Sequence record: MK327931.1 | Length of the DNA: 64,000 nucleotides | Strand: one strand, 5' to 3' | DNA from: Escherichia phage vB_EcoM_G17 | Shown here: piece after piece, positions 1 to 9,316 of the stretch | How the letters are laid out: every line of letters starts with the position of its first letter | Position numbering within the stretch: position 1 is the first letter of the stretch | Notes under the pieces: generated by a model | What the model was told of the DNA's origin: nothing | Databases searched by the model: none | The model's input: only the letters and a program-made list of their open reading frames with translations | Position numbers and translations under genes: made by a program

Positions 1-170
1 ACTGCTAGAGTATAAAGAAGTAATTCATACATGTCGTAACTTGTTACATTACCATTTGGTGCAATTACATCAACACTAACACCGTGCATTTTTACTTCTG
101 TATTAAATCCATCTTTATCAGAAAGAAAATCAGTGATTTGCTTTGTAAGGATTTTAATTTGGTCTATCAT
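1..170 (-). CDS. hypothetical protein, N-terminal part only (gene runs off window start)
   Basis: ATG at 168-170 on minus strand preceded by AAGGAA Shine-Dalgarno; frame stays open to position 1; below ORF-track threshold. Confidence 0.35.
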   Translation of the reverse strand, partial: MIDQIKILTKQITDFLSDKDGFNTEVKMHGVSVDVIAPNGNVTSYDMYELLLYTLA

Positions 171-193
171 ATTTCATTTCCTTATGTGATAAA

Positions 194-212
194 AGCCTCC
201 ATAATGGAGGCT
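194..212. terminator. intergenic hairpin (agcctcc-ataat-ggaggct) with flanking T-run
   Basis: perfect 7-bp inverted repeat between two minus-strand genes. Confidence 0.4.
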
Positions 213-223
213 TTTGTATTTAC

Positions 224-805
224 TTAGAGAGATTCTTCGTATTCAGCAACAATCTCAACCATTTCATTAATGAACTTGATGTGAGAATGTGTCACTGTAC
301 GGAAGTCGTAAACAAGTGACTGTTGGAAAAATACATCTTCATCAAGAGAACCATCAAAGTTCAAATCAATGTTTTCATCGTCATTGCTTGGTGCAACTTT
401 AATATTCAGAAGATTTTCATCAATGAACTTGATGTGAGAATGTGTCACTGTACGGAAGTCGTAAACAAGTGACTGTTGGAAAAATACATCTTCATCAAGA
501 GAACCATCAAAGTTCAAATCAATGTTTTCATCGTCATTGCTTGGTGCAACTTTAATATTCAGAAGATTTTCATCAACTGCAAGTTTTACAACACAACCCA
601 GTGCAATGGCAAGAACATATGCTGGTTTCTTAGCTTTTTCATTACGGAATGGTGCACGTAGAGCACAAAAAGTACTGCTAATCTCATCATTTGGTTCTTT
701 GTATTTAACATTGACCATTAGTTCTTCGATTTTGACGCTCTCAATAACACGACCAGTTTCTGGAGCGAAGAAAGAATGTTCACGGATAGTTTGTTCGATA
801 TTCAT
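224..805 (-). CDS. hypothetical protein containing an exact 51-aa internal tandem duplication
   Basis: 193-aa ORF; residues DENLLNIKVAPSNDDENIDLNFDGSLDEDVFFQQSLVYDFRTVTHSHIKFI occur twice in tandem. Confidence 0.55.
   Translation of the reverse strand: MNIEQTIREHSFFAPETGRVIESVKIEELMVNVKYKEPNDEISSTFCALRAPFRNEKAKKPAYVLAIALGCVVKLAVDENLLNIKVAPSNDDENIDLNFDGSLDEDVFFQQSLVYDFRTVTHSHIKFIDENLLNIKVAPSNDDENIDLNFDGSLDEDVFFQQSLVYDFRTVTHSHIKFINEMVEIVAEYEESL
262..576. repeat. 153-bp direct tandem duplication (about 2 copies, 1 mismatch)
   Basis: sequence 269-421 is identical to 422-574; period 153 nt, in frame with CDS 224-805. Confidence 0.9.
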
Positions 806-808
806 ATA

Positions 809-1003
809 TTATTCCTTATTTAGATTGCTAAAAATACGAAGATTGCGGTTTGCTTTAAACTGTTTCAAATCACCAAATCTATCATCAACGATGAAAGTTG
901 CTGATTTCTTTGACTGACATATTGTACAAATCAACATACCTTGTATTGTATACTCAGTTGAGCAATTTGTACAGTACTTTTTTTCATAAAGTTCAGTACT
1001 CAT
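809..1003 (-). CDS. small Cys-rich (zinc-ribbon-like) protein
   Basis: 64-aa ORF with CxxC...CxxC spacing. Confidence 0.45.
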   Translation of the reverse strand: MSTELYEKKYCTNCSTEYTIQGMLICTICQSKKSATFIVDDRFGDLKQFKANRNLRIFSNLNKE

Positions 1004-1335
1004 AAAACCTTCACATCAGTACGTTTTTCTCTTTGTTCTTTTTTAACCTCATCAGTTCTAGTATCTTCTAATTGTAACACAACTTCTTTTAGAATGTCAA
1101 CATCAATTGTTGCTTCTACATATTGATAGTCGTTTACACCAAAAACATACTTTACTGCAACCCATACACGGTTATACCATTTTAAAAAAGGATTTAAACG
1201 CATACTTATCAGACATTGACCAAGTTTATCATCTCCATATTCCTCTGTCAAGTCAAATTGTGCAATGTGAACGCAATGCTCCATTTTATCGCCACAAGAA
1301 CAACGTAAAATATACTCTTTACTATCTTCACTCAT
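1000..1335 (-). CDS. hypothetical protein
   Basis: 111-aa ORF, tightly packed with neighbours (start/stop overlap). Confidence 0.5.
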   Translation of the reverse strand: MSEDSKEYILRCSCGDKMEHCVHIAQFDLTEEYGDDKLGQCLISMRLNPFLKWYNRVWVAVKYVFGVNDYQYVEATIDVDILKEVVLQLEDTRTDEVKKEQREKRTDVKVL

Positions 1336-1754
1336 ACTGGATAAGCCTTTAAAAATTGTTTAAGAACTCCAAACTTAGATGAATCGTAATCGTATTGATA
1401 GTTAAGCTCTCGCTTATCATTCATACGATACACCATATGAAAATTTGGATAACCAATTCTAACAGGTTTTTTAGGATTAGCAAGTAAAATTGCCCATTCT
1501 TTTACTGGAAATACGTTTTCAGTCAGCATTTTGATATTTGTTTCAAAATACTTCATGGCTTGCTTTCCGTGTTTGTAATCTTCTTCACTAATCTCTTGAC
1601 AATCAATTCTATGTGTTTCGGTATCTAACACCCATTGTTGATCTTCGGTATATAAATCAATTACATCATCAATAGTATAACTATCAGGTAAATCATAAAA
1701 TACCCAATGAGATAAACCAGAACTTACACCAATTCGAATTTTAAAGAACTTCAT
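1332..1754 (-). CDS. hypothetical protein
   Basis: 140-aa ORF, overlapping-stop packing typical of phage operons. Confidence 0.5.
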   Translation of the reverse strand: MKFFKIRIGVSSGLSHWVFYDLPDSYTIDDVIDLYTEDQQWVLDTETHRIDCQEISEEDYKHGKQAMKYFETNIKMLTENVFPVKEWAILLANPKKPVRIGYPNFHMVYRMNDKRELNYQYDYDSSKFGVLKQFLKAYPV

Positions 1755-1987
1755 TCTTTATCACCTTTTACATAATTATAACACACGACACAGTGAATTA
1801 CAAGAAGAATTATTTCCACAATGTTAAGAGACAATACATGACTCTGCGGTGTGAAAAGTGCCAATAACAACATTATAGCAGGTATTGTGAATATTTTCCA
1901 AGTTTTTTTCATTTTATTCCTTTGTATATGCATATGGTAAAAATAAAACCTCTGCATTAGGAATGCATTGTGCCAATCCTTCAACAA
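1751..1987 (-). CDS. small membrane protein
   Basis: 78-aa ORF with two hydrophobic segments. Confidence 0.4.
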   Translation of the reverse strand: MLKDWHNAFLMQRFYFYHMHIQRNKMKKTWKIFTIPAIMLLLALFTPQSHVLSLNIVEIILLVIHCVVCYNYVKGDKE

Positions 1988-2400
1988 TAGATTTGTTTTA
2001 TTACATTGCCAAACTTAGTAATTTTATGTCTAAATACTTTTTTATCAACGACAATCCAGTACATGTCCATTTTAACAGTACTGTTATCAGATGGTGTTAG
2101 TAAAGTATCGATGTCATATGTATCAAAGATTTGTCGTTCATATAATCTCCTAATAAAATATTCTCGATTCTCTCTTATATACCCAGATACACAGTTAGTT
2201 GTGGCTTGGTTAGTGAATGAAATCTCACTATTGGACACGCCATTTGCATCACACAAAGGACATATTCCCATGTACTTGGGGGTCGGGTAGGTGTCCAATT
2301 TGTATTTTTCATTACACACCATGTACTGCTGTGGCAATACATCTAATATTATTTCATATTCTTCATCAAACACCTTGAAGCATACCCAACATTTACCCAT
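1981..2400 (-). CDS. hypothetical Cys-containing protein
   Basis: 139-aa ORF. Confidence 0.5.
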   Translation of the reverse strand: MGKCWVCFKVFDEEYEIILDVLPQQYMVCNEKYKLDTYPTPKYMGICPLCDANGVSNSEISFTNQATTNCVSGYIRENREYFIRRLYERQIFDTYDIDTLLTPSDNSTVKMDMYWIVVDKKVFRHKITKFGNVIKQIYC

Positions 2401-2883
2401 TATAGTTTTCCTTTAACACCGTTCTTATATATTCGAATGTTTTAACAAACCAATCATGTTCGTCGGATACATCTACAACTTTACCACCATATACATAGTA
2501 ATGGTAAAAAGGTAACTTGCTTTTTCTTAATCTTTCGGCTAACTCTGGATTTTGAATTATCTTAGCACAAATAGCATCTTGAATAATAGAAATACAATCA
2601 TCCGTCATTTCAATTCGATCATGCATATATTGTTAGCGGCTGCTTTTGCTGCTGCACCAGATACTTTTCTAAGGTCATCATGTTTTTGCCCAGTTAAAAA
2701 CCAAAAGTAAAATGTTTCAACTGAAGGGAACCAACCATATGGTTCAAGTGTGAAGCTATGTGAAGAAAAGTTAGATAGATCTCTACCTAACTTAGTTCTA
2801 GCTTTACTATAAATGTTAATGTGTCGGTATCCATCATCAGTAGGGTCAATAAAGTCAAATGACTCTTCTGGAAACTCAAACAT
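2393..2883 (-). pseudogene. NADAR (YbiA-like) domain gene split into two overlapping ORFs by a frameshift
   Basis: ORF 2605-2883 matches the YbiA N-terminal motifs (LSNF...PYGWFPSVETFYFWF; compare E. coli YbiA FSNF...WPTSEHYFQAQKF); ORF 2393-2626 carries the AKIIQNPELAERL block (compare AKFEQHAELRALL); frames differ, stop at 2633-2635. Confidence 0.55.
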
Positions 2884-2885
2884 AA

Positions 2886-3122
2886 TTATTCTTCTTCTCC
2901 TGAAGGAGTTCCACGTAGTTTGTCAAAATCAACCCAAATACCATGCTGATTTTTAAATCTACATTTCTCATAGTACCAGCTATAGTCAGTTTCAACACCT
3001 TGTGATATAGATCTAACACTACAATCATACATATTATATAAATGATCCCTGACAATATACGTATTAATCAGAATAACAAACAATACAATAATACCACAGA
3101 CTTTAGGATGATCCATAATCAA
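2886..3122 (-). CDS. hypothetical protein with N-terminal hydrophobic segment
   Basis: 78-aa ORF. Confidence 0.4.
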   Translation of the reverse strand: MIMDHPKVCGIIVLFVILINTYIVRDHLYNMYDCSVRSISQGVETDYSWYYEKCRFKNQHGIWVDFDKLRGTPSGEEE

Positions 3123-3243
3123 ATCTAGAACGGAACTCGTTTCAGTACTGTCAATTTACTACGACCGATGGCAACAGCTTTCAGTACTGCTAATGATACC
3201 AGTAATGAAATAACAAGAACACTCAAATAAATTAGCATAATTA

Positions 3244-3821
3244 GACTCCTACACCAAAACGTAAAAGGATGTTATTAACAAACACAAAATCAAATGGAGA
3301 CTTTGGTTCAGATACCGAGTACTGAAAAGTTTCAGCGGAGAAACTTTCCCTATTGTGCCATGTTGATGAATCGATTAGTAATTGTTTATCACCAATTGAC
3401 GTTGAATGTAATGGAAAGTGTGCTGATGAATTTATGGAATACGCATTTAGTTTTCCTTGTTCATCTAATGTGATACTAAGATAATATTTTTTCTCAATAT
3501 CAGGAATAAGTTCTTTTGTATACGAATAGATTGAATCAACCCATTCATCATGTACATTTTCTGCACCAATCAGGTGTCCGAATGATAAATTACGTTTAAC
3601 TGGCTTTGATCCTGGTCGAGTTAGAATGAATTGTTTTGTTAAGTAAAAATTATTATGTTTACTTCAATATTAACATTTTTAAAATTCACAACTTTATCAT
3701 ATACATTTCGAAAAACTGTTATATCCCAAGTACTAATTTCATCCATAATACTTATCACCAGTTCTTCTAGTTCTTGGATAAATGGCAAATCATCCTGATG
3801 AAATCTAGTCATGGTTTTCAT
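3244..3821 (-). pseudogene. hypothetical gene apparently interrupted by a frameshift near 3640-3665
   Basis: 60-aa ORF 3639-3821 is followed by a 140-codon open frame (3244-3663) with no ATG/GTG/TTG start; an A5 run lies at the junction. Confidence 0.35.
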
Positions 3822-4404
3822 ATACCTTTTTCAAATTCATAATTTCTAGAATGCTGTATTCTTTATCACCAATCAAATCTTCAGTGAATGCAGTGGGGTC
3901 GGCATCGCTATACAACTTACCATTGATGATAACACAACCATTACTAAGATACAATGCACTCATGATCTGTTGTCCTTCTTTCACATTTTGTGCTAGACCT
4001 GTATTTGTTACTACAAATCCATTTGTTGCTAATGATGATGTTAGTTCTGACCATTCAACTGATATTAAGTCGCGATAGTCCTTAGATACTTTTATATTCA
4101 CAATACAAGCAACTCGTTTAATAGGTGGAGTGCTAATCGTGTACATTTGTGGTTGTTGGTAATTAGAGTTGTATGTTTGTGGTGTTTTAACAGCAGTTCC
4201 TGAATTTTGAGTTGATTTGGTAATTACTGGTTCTACACTGGGGACTATTGTTCTTAGTGATATAATACGTCCAGTTTCATCCAATTTAAGGACTAAACGA
4301 TGAGTTTCATCCTCAGAGTAATAGGGAAACAAGCCACCGGAATTCATATTTTGAAGCATTTTAATTAATTCATAAGTATTTTTTAAAAACATAGTACACC
4401 CCAT
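3805..4404 (-). CDS. hypothetical protein
   Basis: 199-aa ORF. Confidence 0.5.
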   Translation of the reverse strand: MGCTMFLKNTYELIKMLQNMNSGGLFPYYSEDETHRLVLKLDETGRIISLRTIVPSVEPVITKSTQNSGTAVKTPQTYNSNYQQPQMYTISTPPIKRVACIVNIKVSKDYRDLISVEWSELTSSLATNGFVVTNTGLAQNVKEGQQIMSALYLSNGCVIINGKLYSDADPTAFTEDLIGDKEYSILEIMNLKKVYENHD

Positions 4405-4411
4405 AGAAAAG

Positions 4412-4430
4412 GGGAGTACAAAGTACTCCC
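4412..4430 (-). terminator. rho-independent terminator hairpin
   Basis: perfect 8-bp stem gggagtac/gtactccc followed on the minus strand by a U-rich tract. Confidence 0.5.
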
Positions 4431-4439
4431 AACATTTAA

Positions 4440-4994
4440 TTATAGTTTAATTGATTCTTGAATACCAGTATCCATTGCTTTCTTGGTACGTGTATCAGAT
4501 ACTACTGTACAAAGGTGTTCAATATTTTCACTTGGAAACGTATTCGAATCAAGAATTTTGGAATTCCAGAAGCCTTTGCGGAACTTAGCATAATCAGTAC
4601 ACTGGTCAATTTTCATTTTCTGAAGATTGTTGAACTTTGTACGTCCTGCTTCAATTGTCACCATCAATTCCTGATAAATTTTAGGATCAAGATTTGGAAC
4701 CTGTTGTTGAATCTGTGACATTACAAACTTCTGGTCAACACCTTCACGCCCTTTAAAGTATGACTCAATCGTTTCTTTCAACGCATTTTTGTACTTATCT
4801 GCTACTTGAACCTTATCTTGAATAGTAAGAGTATAATTGCTAAGTTGACTTTCAGATGCATCATAGTACTTTTTAATGTTTCCTTCAAACTCAACTGCAC
4901 GATCATGTGCACCAACATACATACTAATAGAACCAAACACCATTAGTACAATAACTACCAAAATACCAATTAACGCAAGGAGTTTACCATTCAT
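4440..4994 (-). CDS. membrane-anchored protein with LemA-like N-terminus (weak)
   Basis: N-terminal TM helix (LLALIGILVVIVLMVFGSI) resembling the LemA anchor; the conserved LemA core motif was not recognised. Confidence 0.4.
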   Translation of the reverse strand: MNGKLLALIGILVVIVLMVFGSISMYVGAHDRAVEFEGNIKKYYDASESQLSNYTLTIQDKVQVADKYKNALKETIESYFKGREGVDQKFVMSQIQQQVPNLDPKIYQELMVTIEAGRTKFNNLQKMKIDQCTDYAKFRKGFWNSKILDSNTFPSENIEHLCTVVSDTRTKKAMDTGIQESIKL

Positions 4995-6085
4995 AAATCG
5001 TTATCCCTCATATAAAGGCCAATGAAAATAGACAGAATCAACAAAACAATGGAAGCACCGATAAGAACATCTTTTCTAGGTTCCATTTTTACTGACAAGT
5101 ACTCAAACTCTTTATTAGAGAGTCTCTCAAACTGTGTGTCAATATTATGTACTTCTTTAACTAGTAAGTCAAGAGTTAATTTTTCATTTAATGCATCAAT
5201 ACGCATCTTTGCATGTAACTCTTCATTCTTCATTCCTTGTGCAAATGATGTACTGTAAAATTTGACAACGTTACCATCATTGTCAATACCAAAGAACATA
5301 ATAACATCATTCTTCTTACCACCACGCCACGATGCAAGGGTAGCATCAACAAAATCCACATCTTTGTAATCATAAACTAGTACTTGGATGTTTACCTGCT
5401 TTCGTGCACCCATCGTTTTTAGCTCATTACGAAGGTATTCATCGTAACCATCAACGTTGTAATTTGTAGTGTTAATTACGTGATGTGTTTTGTAATAATC
5501 AACTACACTTGGGTATTCTGGAATAGTACTAAGATACTTTTCATCATACATGTTGTGTAGTTCTTCAGGACTAAACAATGAGTTCTTATCAGCAAATAGA
5601 TAGTTGATATATGAACTCTCTGCGGCGGCATAGTCACCAATCATAACTTGCTGCCAACGTGGTGGTGTCATTGTACCTTGACGGTTCACACGTTCAATCT
5701 CAAACTCACCTACTGTACTTTTCACATACCAATCAACTTCATATGAGTAATCAAAAACCTTATATGATTCACACTCACGATGTGATTTACCTTTACTATC
5801 ATATCGCGTATGGCACTTCTCATGCCATGTATAGTGCTTACATGAACTAGATTGTGTGCAATATTCTTTGTGGCTGTATTTTGAAGTTACTTGACCATTC
5901 AGAATCTCAACATCATAAAGCTGGCTATAGTTGATTGCGTATGAAATACCAAGAACAAGAGCCGCACCAACCAGACAACAAGCAATATGAATCAATAGTT
6001 CTTTAGTACTGATATGCTTATCGTACATGTATTTCATAACGAATACAACGATAAGAGCAGGTATTAACAGAATAATGAAATTCAT
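4991..6085 (-). CDS. Cys-rich integral membrane protein
   Basis: 364-aa ORF with N- and C-terminal TM segments and a Cys/His-rich central domain. Confidence 0.5.
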   Translation of the reverse strand: MNFIILLIPALIVVFVMKYMYDKHISTKELLIHIACCLVGAALVLGISYAINYSQLYDVEILNGQVTSKYSHKEYCTQSSSCKHYTWHEKCHTRYDSKGKSHRECESYKVFDYSYEVDWYVKSTVGEFEIERVNRQGTMTPPRWQQVMIGDYAAAESSYINYLFADKNSLFSPEELHNMYDEKYLSTIPEYPSVVDYYKTHHVINTTNYNVDGYDEYLRNELKTMGARKQVNIQVLVYDYKDVDFVDATLASWRGGKKNDVIMFFGIDNDGNVVKFYSTSFAQGMKNEELHAKMRIDALNEKLTLDLLVKEVHNIDTQFERLSNKEFEYLSVKMEPRKDVLIGASIVLLILSIFIGLYMRDNDL

Positions 6086-6088
6086 GTA

Positions 6089-6778
6089 TTAATCCATTTT
6101 AAGCTTGTTTAGACAGAATGAAATCTGGATTGCTTCACGTGCTGCATCAAACAGTGGGTGATGTAACTCCAACCCATTAATCCCACACGTATTTGCATAT
6201 GTGATAAATTTATCCAACTGTACCGAAACGATTTCATCCATTTCAATACGAGCTTCTTCATTCAATAAACGTTTCAATGTGCGTGCATTTTCAGGTGCAT
6301 CATACTTCCACAACTCACCAGCGTTCATTAGTTTTAAATGGTTTGCTTGTAAAATACTACAATCGAAGTTACATCCGTTGCCCCAGACTGAATGAGGAAC
6401 TTCTTCACCATAATCATTGTAACGTAATTCTTTCCAGAAATCAACAATACTACTGTATGCAAAAAATCGTCGTGATTGACCATTCGGTCCATACAGTTCA
6501 GGTGCTTTGAGTTTCATAGTACTGGCAACTTCAGAATATGCATTAGAGTATTCTTTCTGACATGTATTCATCCAAAAATCCATTGCACCTGCGTCTGATT
6601 TTAAACCAGCAGCAACTTGATCCTGGTATGGTAATTTAATATATAAGAACTGACGAATGTCATTTTCAGGTTTACTTGGAACTACTACTGCTGCGTAATT
6701 TGGGATAATAATATCATAACCGGAAAGTTCAGGTGTTCCAAGAGCTTCAATATCAACACTAATATGACGACGTTTCAT
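6089..6778 (-). CDS. dexA: exonuclease A-like DEDDh 3'-5' exonuclease
   Basis: motifs DIEALG, NFDCSIL and HHPLFDAARE match the DnaQ-type exo motifs I-III and resemble T4 DexA. Confidence 0.65.
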   Translation of the reverse strand: MKRRHISVDIEALGTPELSGYDIIIPNYAAVVVPSKPENDIRQFLYIKLPYQDQVAAGLKSDAGAMDFWMNTCQKEYSNAYSEVASTMKLKAPELYGPNGQSRRFFAYSSIVDFWKELRYNDYGEEVPHSVWGNGCNFDCSILQANHLKLMNAGELWKYDAPENARTLKRLLNEEARIEMDEIVSVQLDKFITYANTCGINGLELHHPLFDAAREAIQISFCLNKLKMD

Positions 6779-6802
6779 AAGTTAGTTCCTTATCTGTACA
6801 TT

Positions 6803-6845
6803 AAAAAGAGTGCGTTTTCAATAAGATTATATTAAAAACGCACTC
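6803..6845 (-). terminator. rho-independent terminator
   Basis: 11-bp inverted repeat gagtgcgtttt/aaaacgcactc followed on the minus strand by a T-run. Confidence 0.55.
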
Positions 6846-6857
6846 ATATGTCAACTA

Positions 6858-7994
6858 TTACTTGTTAGCTTTTTCGGCAATTTCACGAAGAGTGTCTTCC
6901 AGTTCATAGGAAAGTTGTGCAATTTCCTGTTTAGCACGTTCACGTTCCAATTTGCCTTTTTTCTCTTCTTCAATAACTGCTTCAATACTGTCAATCATCG
7001 TTTTATGTACATTACGCAAGGTTTTAATATCCACAATACCACGGTTGTTTGCCTTTGCTGCGTCCAACATATTTGCTGCAACCATTTTAGAGTTAGTTTC
7101 CAAAAGACGGTTTGTCTCATTATCAATTAGATTGCCTAGTTCATTATCCTTACGTTGACGCTCGGAAATTAACTGTTCAGCCAATTGAGACTTCCATGCT
7201 GGAATAACAACAGATTTTAAATCTTCAAACTTAGAAACAGTGTTCAAGTTTACTTTTTTCATACTCATCAAACGTGGACCACTTAGCTCGCACATCATGA
7301 TAAGACGACGAATCTTATCTTCTTGTTTAGAAAGTGCTTCACAAATCATCTTTTGCTCTTGAATAGCAAAAGAGTCTACATTTTTGTCTGCTTGCATTTC
7401 TAATAATAATGCATCTTGTGTTTTAGTTACTTCTTCTAAACCAACTAATGTATCACGTAATTCAAACAAATATTCTTTGTTTTCATTATATGCTTTATCA
7501 AGCCATTCACATTCTCCGTGCTGGCGATTAATACCAGTTTGAAGAGTTTTCATAATTTCGTCAATTTGCTCTTTACTGTTTTTGTACTGATCACCTACTT
7601 TCTGTTGAGCATTAACAAAGAATTTCTTAATACGACCAACAATTGATTTATCTTCTTGAAGACTGTCAATATCAACTGCACGAGTCAACGTAAGAATTGT
7701 GGTGATTGATTTACCAAACTCGGTATTGTCATCCGTTACATTAACTTTAGACATAATTTCATCAGCCAAACGCCCAACAGCAGCACCAGCAGTTGTACCA
7801 ACAGTATTGATGTTTTGAACTGTTAGAGACATAGTATTTCCCTTAACATCTTTCAGTACTGGTAGTGATTTTGTAGTTTGGTTAAAAATATCACTTGCAT
7901 CAATTGTATGACCTTTAGACGCAGTTTTAGTAGTGCGTTTTGCTGATTTAGCTGCGGTGGATGCTTTTTTAGGATTGATTTCTTTCTCGGACAT
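6858..7994 (-). CDS. coiled-coil protein, possibly TelA-like (toxic anion resistance family)
   Basis: 378-aa ORF, largely helical; C-terminal NNRGIVDIKTL block recalled as resembling a conserved TelA/YceH motif (from memory, unverified). Confidence 0.4.
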   Translation of the reverse strand: MSEKEINPKKASTAAKSAKRTTKTASKGHTIDASDIFNQTTKSLPVLKDVKGNTMSLTVQNINTVGTTAGAAVGRLADEIMSKVNVTDDNTEFGKSITTILTLTRAVDIDSLQEDKSIVGRIKKFFVNAQQKVGDQYKNSKEQIDEIMKTLQTGINRQHGECEWLDKAYNENKEYLFELRDTLVGLEEVTKTQDALLLEMQADKNVDSFAIQEQKMICEALSKQEDKIRRLIMMCELSGPRLMSMKKVNLNTVSKFEDLKSVVIPAWKSQLAEQLISERQRKDNELGNLIDNETNRLLETNSKMVAANMLDAAKANNRGIVDIKTLRNVHKTMIDSIEAVIEEEKKGKLERERAKQEIAQLSYELEDTLREIAEKANK

Positions 7995-8042
7995 TTAGTA
8001 TTCCTCGTTTAATTTAATATGATGTGCTGCTCTGTGATAAAC

Positions 8043-8075
8043 ATTATACGGGCAGCACGTATGATAGTCAAGTAT
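8043..8075 (-). promoter_or_regulatory. sigma70-type early promoter (-10 TATAAT)
   Basis: minus-strand TATAAT at 8043-8048 about 45 nt upstream of the start at 7994. Confidence 0.4.
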
Positions 8076-9207
8076 TTTTTAACTCTTTGTTACCATATGC
8101 CAGATTACGAATAATTTCTACAGTACTCTCATCCACAGCTTTACCTGTCTGTGATTGTAAACGATTGATAATCAAAGGAATAGTAATAGTTTGAAGATCT
8201 ACCATACGATTCATATCAACTTGATATTGCTTACTTGTTGCAATAATGCTCGTTTCAGTCATGGAGGTGGTGATTCCCATTTTCATAATACGTTCTAATG
8301 TTAATTCATATTCAAACGCATCATCCACACAACGTAGTGCGTATTCACAACCCAACTTACCATATTCAAGTTCATTTTTGATTTCATTAACTTCGTTTCT
8401 AAGTTCTGAAAACATCGTACTAAGACCACTAAACTTATTAGTGTCATACTTAACTGCTTCATTTAGTGCTTTCATCACTTTTGGCAAATCTGATGGTTGC
8501 ACTTTGATATCAGTTTTACCAAACAATTTCTGTGTAAAGGTCGGCTTCAATGGGAACAACGTCTCCAACGCAACAGTAAGGTTATTCATAAGCATTCTAA
8601 TATAATCACTATGCTGTTGTAATGCTGAGTTAAGATCCAATTGACGTTCTGAAATTTGTTGAATCTTAGTTCCAATTTCTTGTGCACAAACTGGTAAGTT
8701 TACAAACCAGTCTAGTACTTTTACTGAATTCTTTTCAATAGTACTAGGGAATTCAACCCATCTTTCAATGTCATCAATTCTGCTATCGTCTGGGTTGATA
8801 GGTTTTTTCTTAAGAACAATAGGTGCAGGTACATCTGGTGATGTTTGTACCAAGTCTAAACGTGGTTTGGCACGACCTTCTTTCCATTCACGATATTCAC
8901 GCTCTAATGGCGGTACTGGCATGTTAGGATCAATTCTAATATTACTAAAATGAATTTTATCCTTCATTAAATCAAGAACTTTCAGACGTTTATTATCAAA
9001 ATAGATTTCATCTAATGACAGAGTTTTTACATCAAATAACGGATTACCCAGCGAGTCATAGGTGCGACGTACAATTACATTGTAAATGTATTTTTTGTTT
9101 GATGAACGGTCATATTGTTTCAATAAAGAGTTCAGTACATAATTATAGTTAAATTCTTGAATCTCAACTTCTTTGCCATTTTCAATGAAAAAATATTTAC
9201 CTTTCAT
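8068..9207 (-). CDS. hypothetical protein
   Basis: 379-aa ORF. Confidence 0.55.
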   Translation of the reverse strand: MKGKYFFIENGKEVEIQEFNYNYVLNSLLKQYDRSSNKKYIYNVIVRRTYDSLGNPLFDVKTLSLDEIYFDNKRLKVLDLMKDKIHFSNIRIDPNMPVPPLEREYREWKEGRAKPRLDLVQTSPDVPAPIVLKKKPINPDDSRIDDIERWVEFPSTIEKNSVKVLDWFVNLPVCAQEIGTKIQQISERQLDLNSALQQHSDYIRMLMNNLTVALETLFPLKPTFTQKLFGKTDIKVQPSDLPKVMKALNEAVKYDTNKFSGLSTMFSELRNEVNEIKNELEYGKLGCEYALRCVDDAFEYELTLERIMKMGITTSMTETSIIATSKQYQVDMNRMVDLQTITIPLIINRLQSQTGKAVDESTVEIIRNLAYGNKELKNT

Positions 9208-9284
9208 TATAAAACCTCATAATCAATTAAAATTTACGCTATGGTGATATTGTACATACTTCGACTACACATGTCAACACCTGA

Positions 9285-9316
9285 AAAGAAAAAAGGACGC
9301 ACCTTAGTGCATCCTT
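9285..9316 (-). terminator. rho-independent terminator
   Basis: about 10-bp stem (aaggacgcac / gtgcatcctt, one G-U) followed on the minus strand by UUCUUUUC. Confidence 0.45.

Noticed and set aside
262-576. Possible CRISPR array suggested by the perfect direct repeat
   Set aside because: Only two 153-bp copies in direct tandem with no spacers, and in frame within a CDS
476-917. Plus-strand ORFs 476-661 and 522-917
   Set aside because: Overlap the minus-strand gene 224-805 and its tandem duplication; no ribosome-binding site
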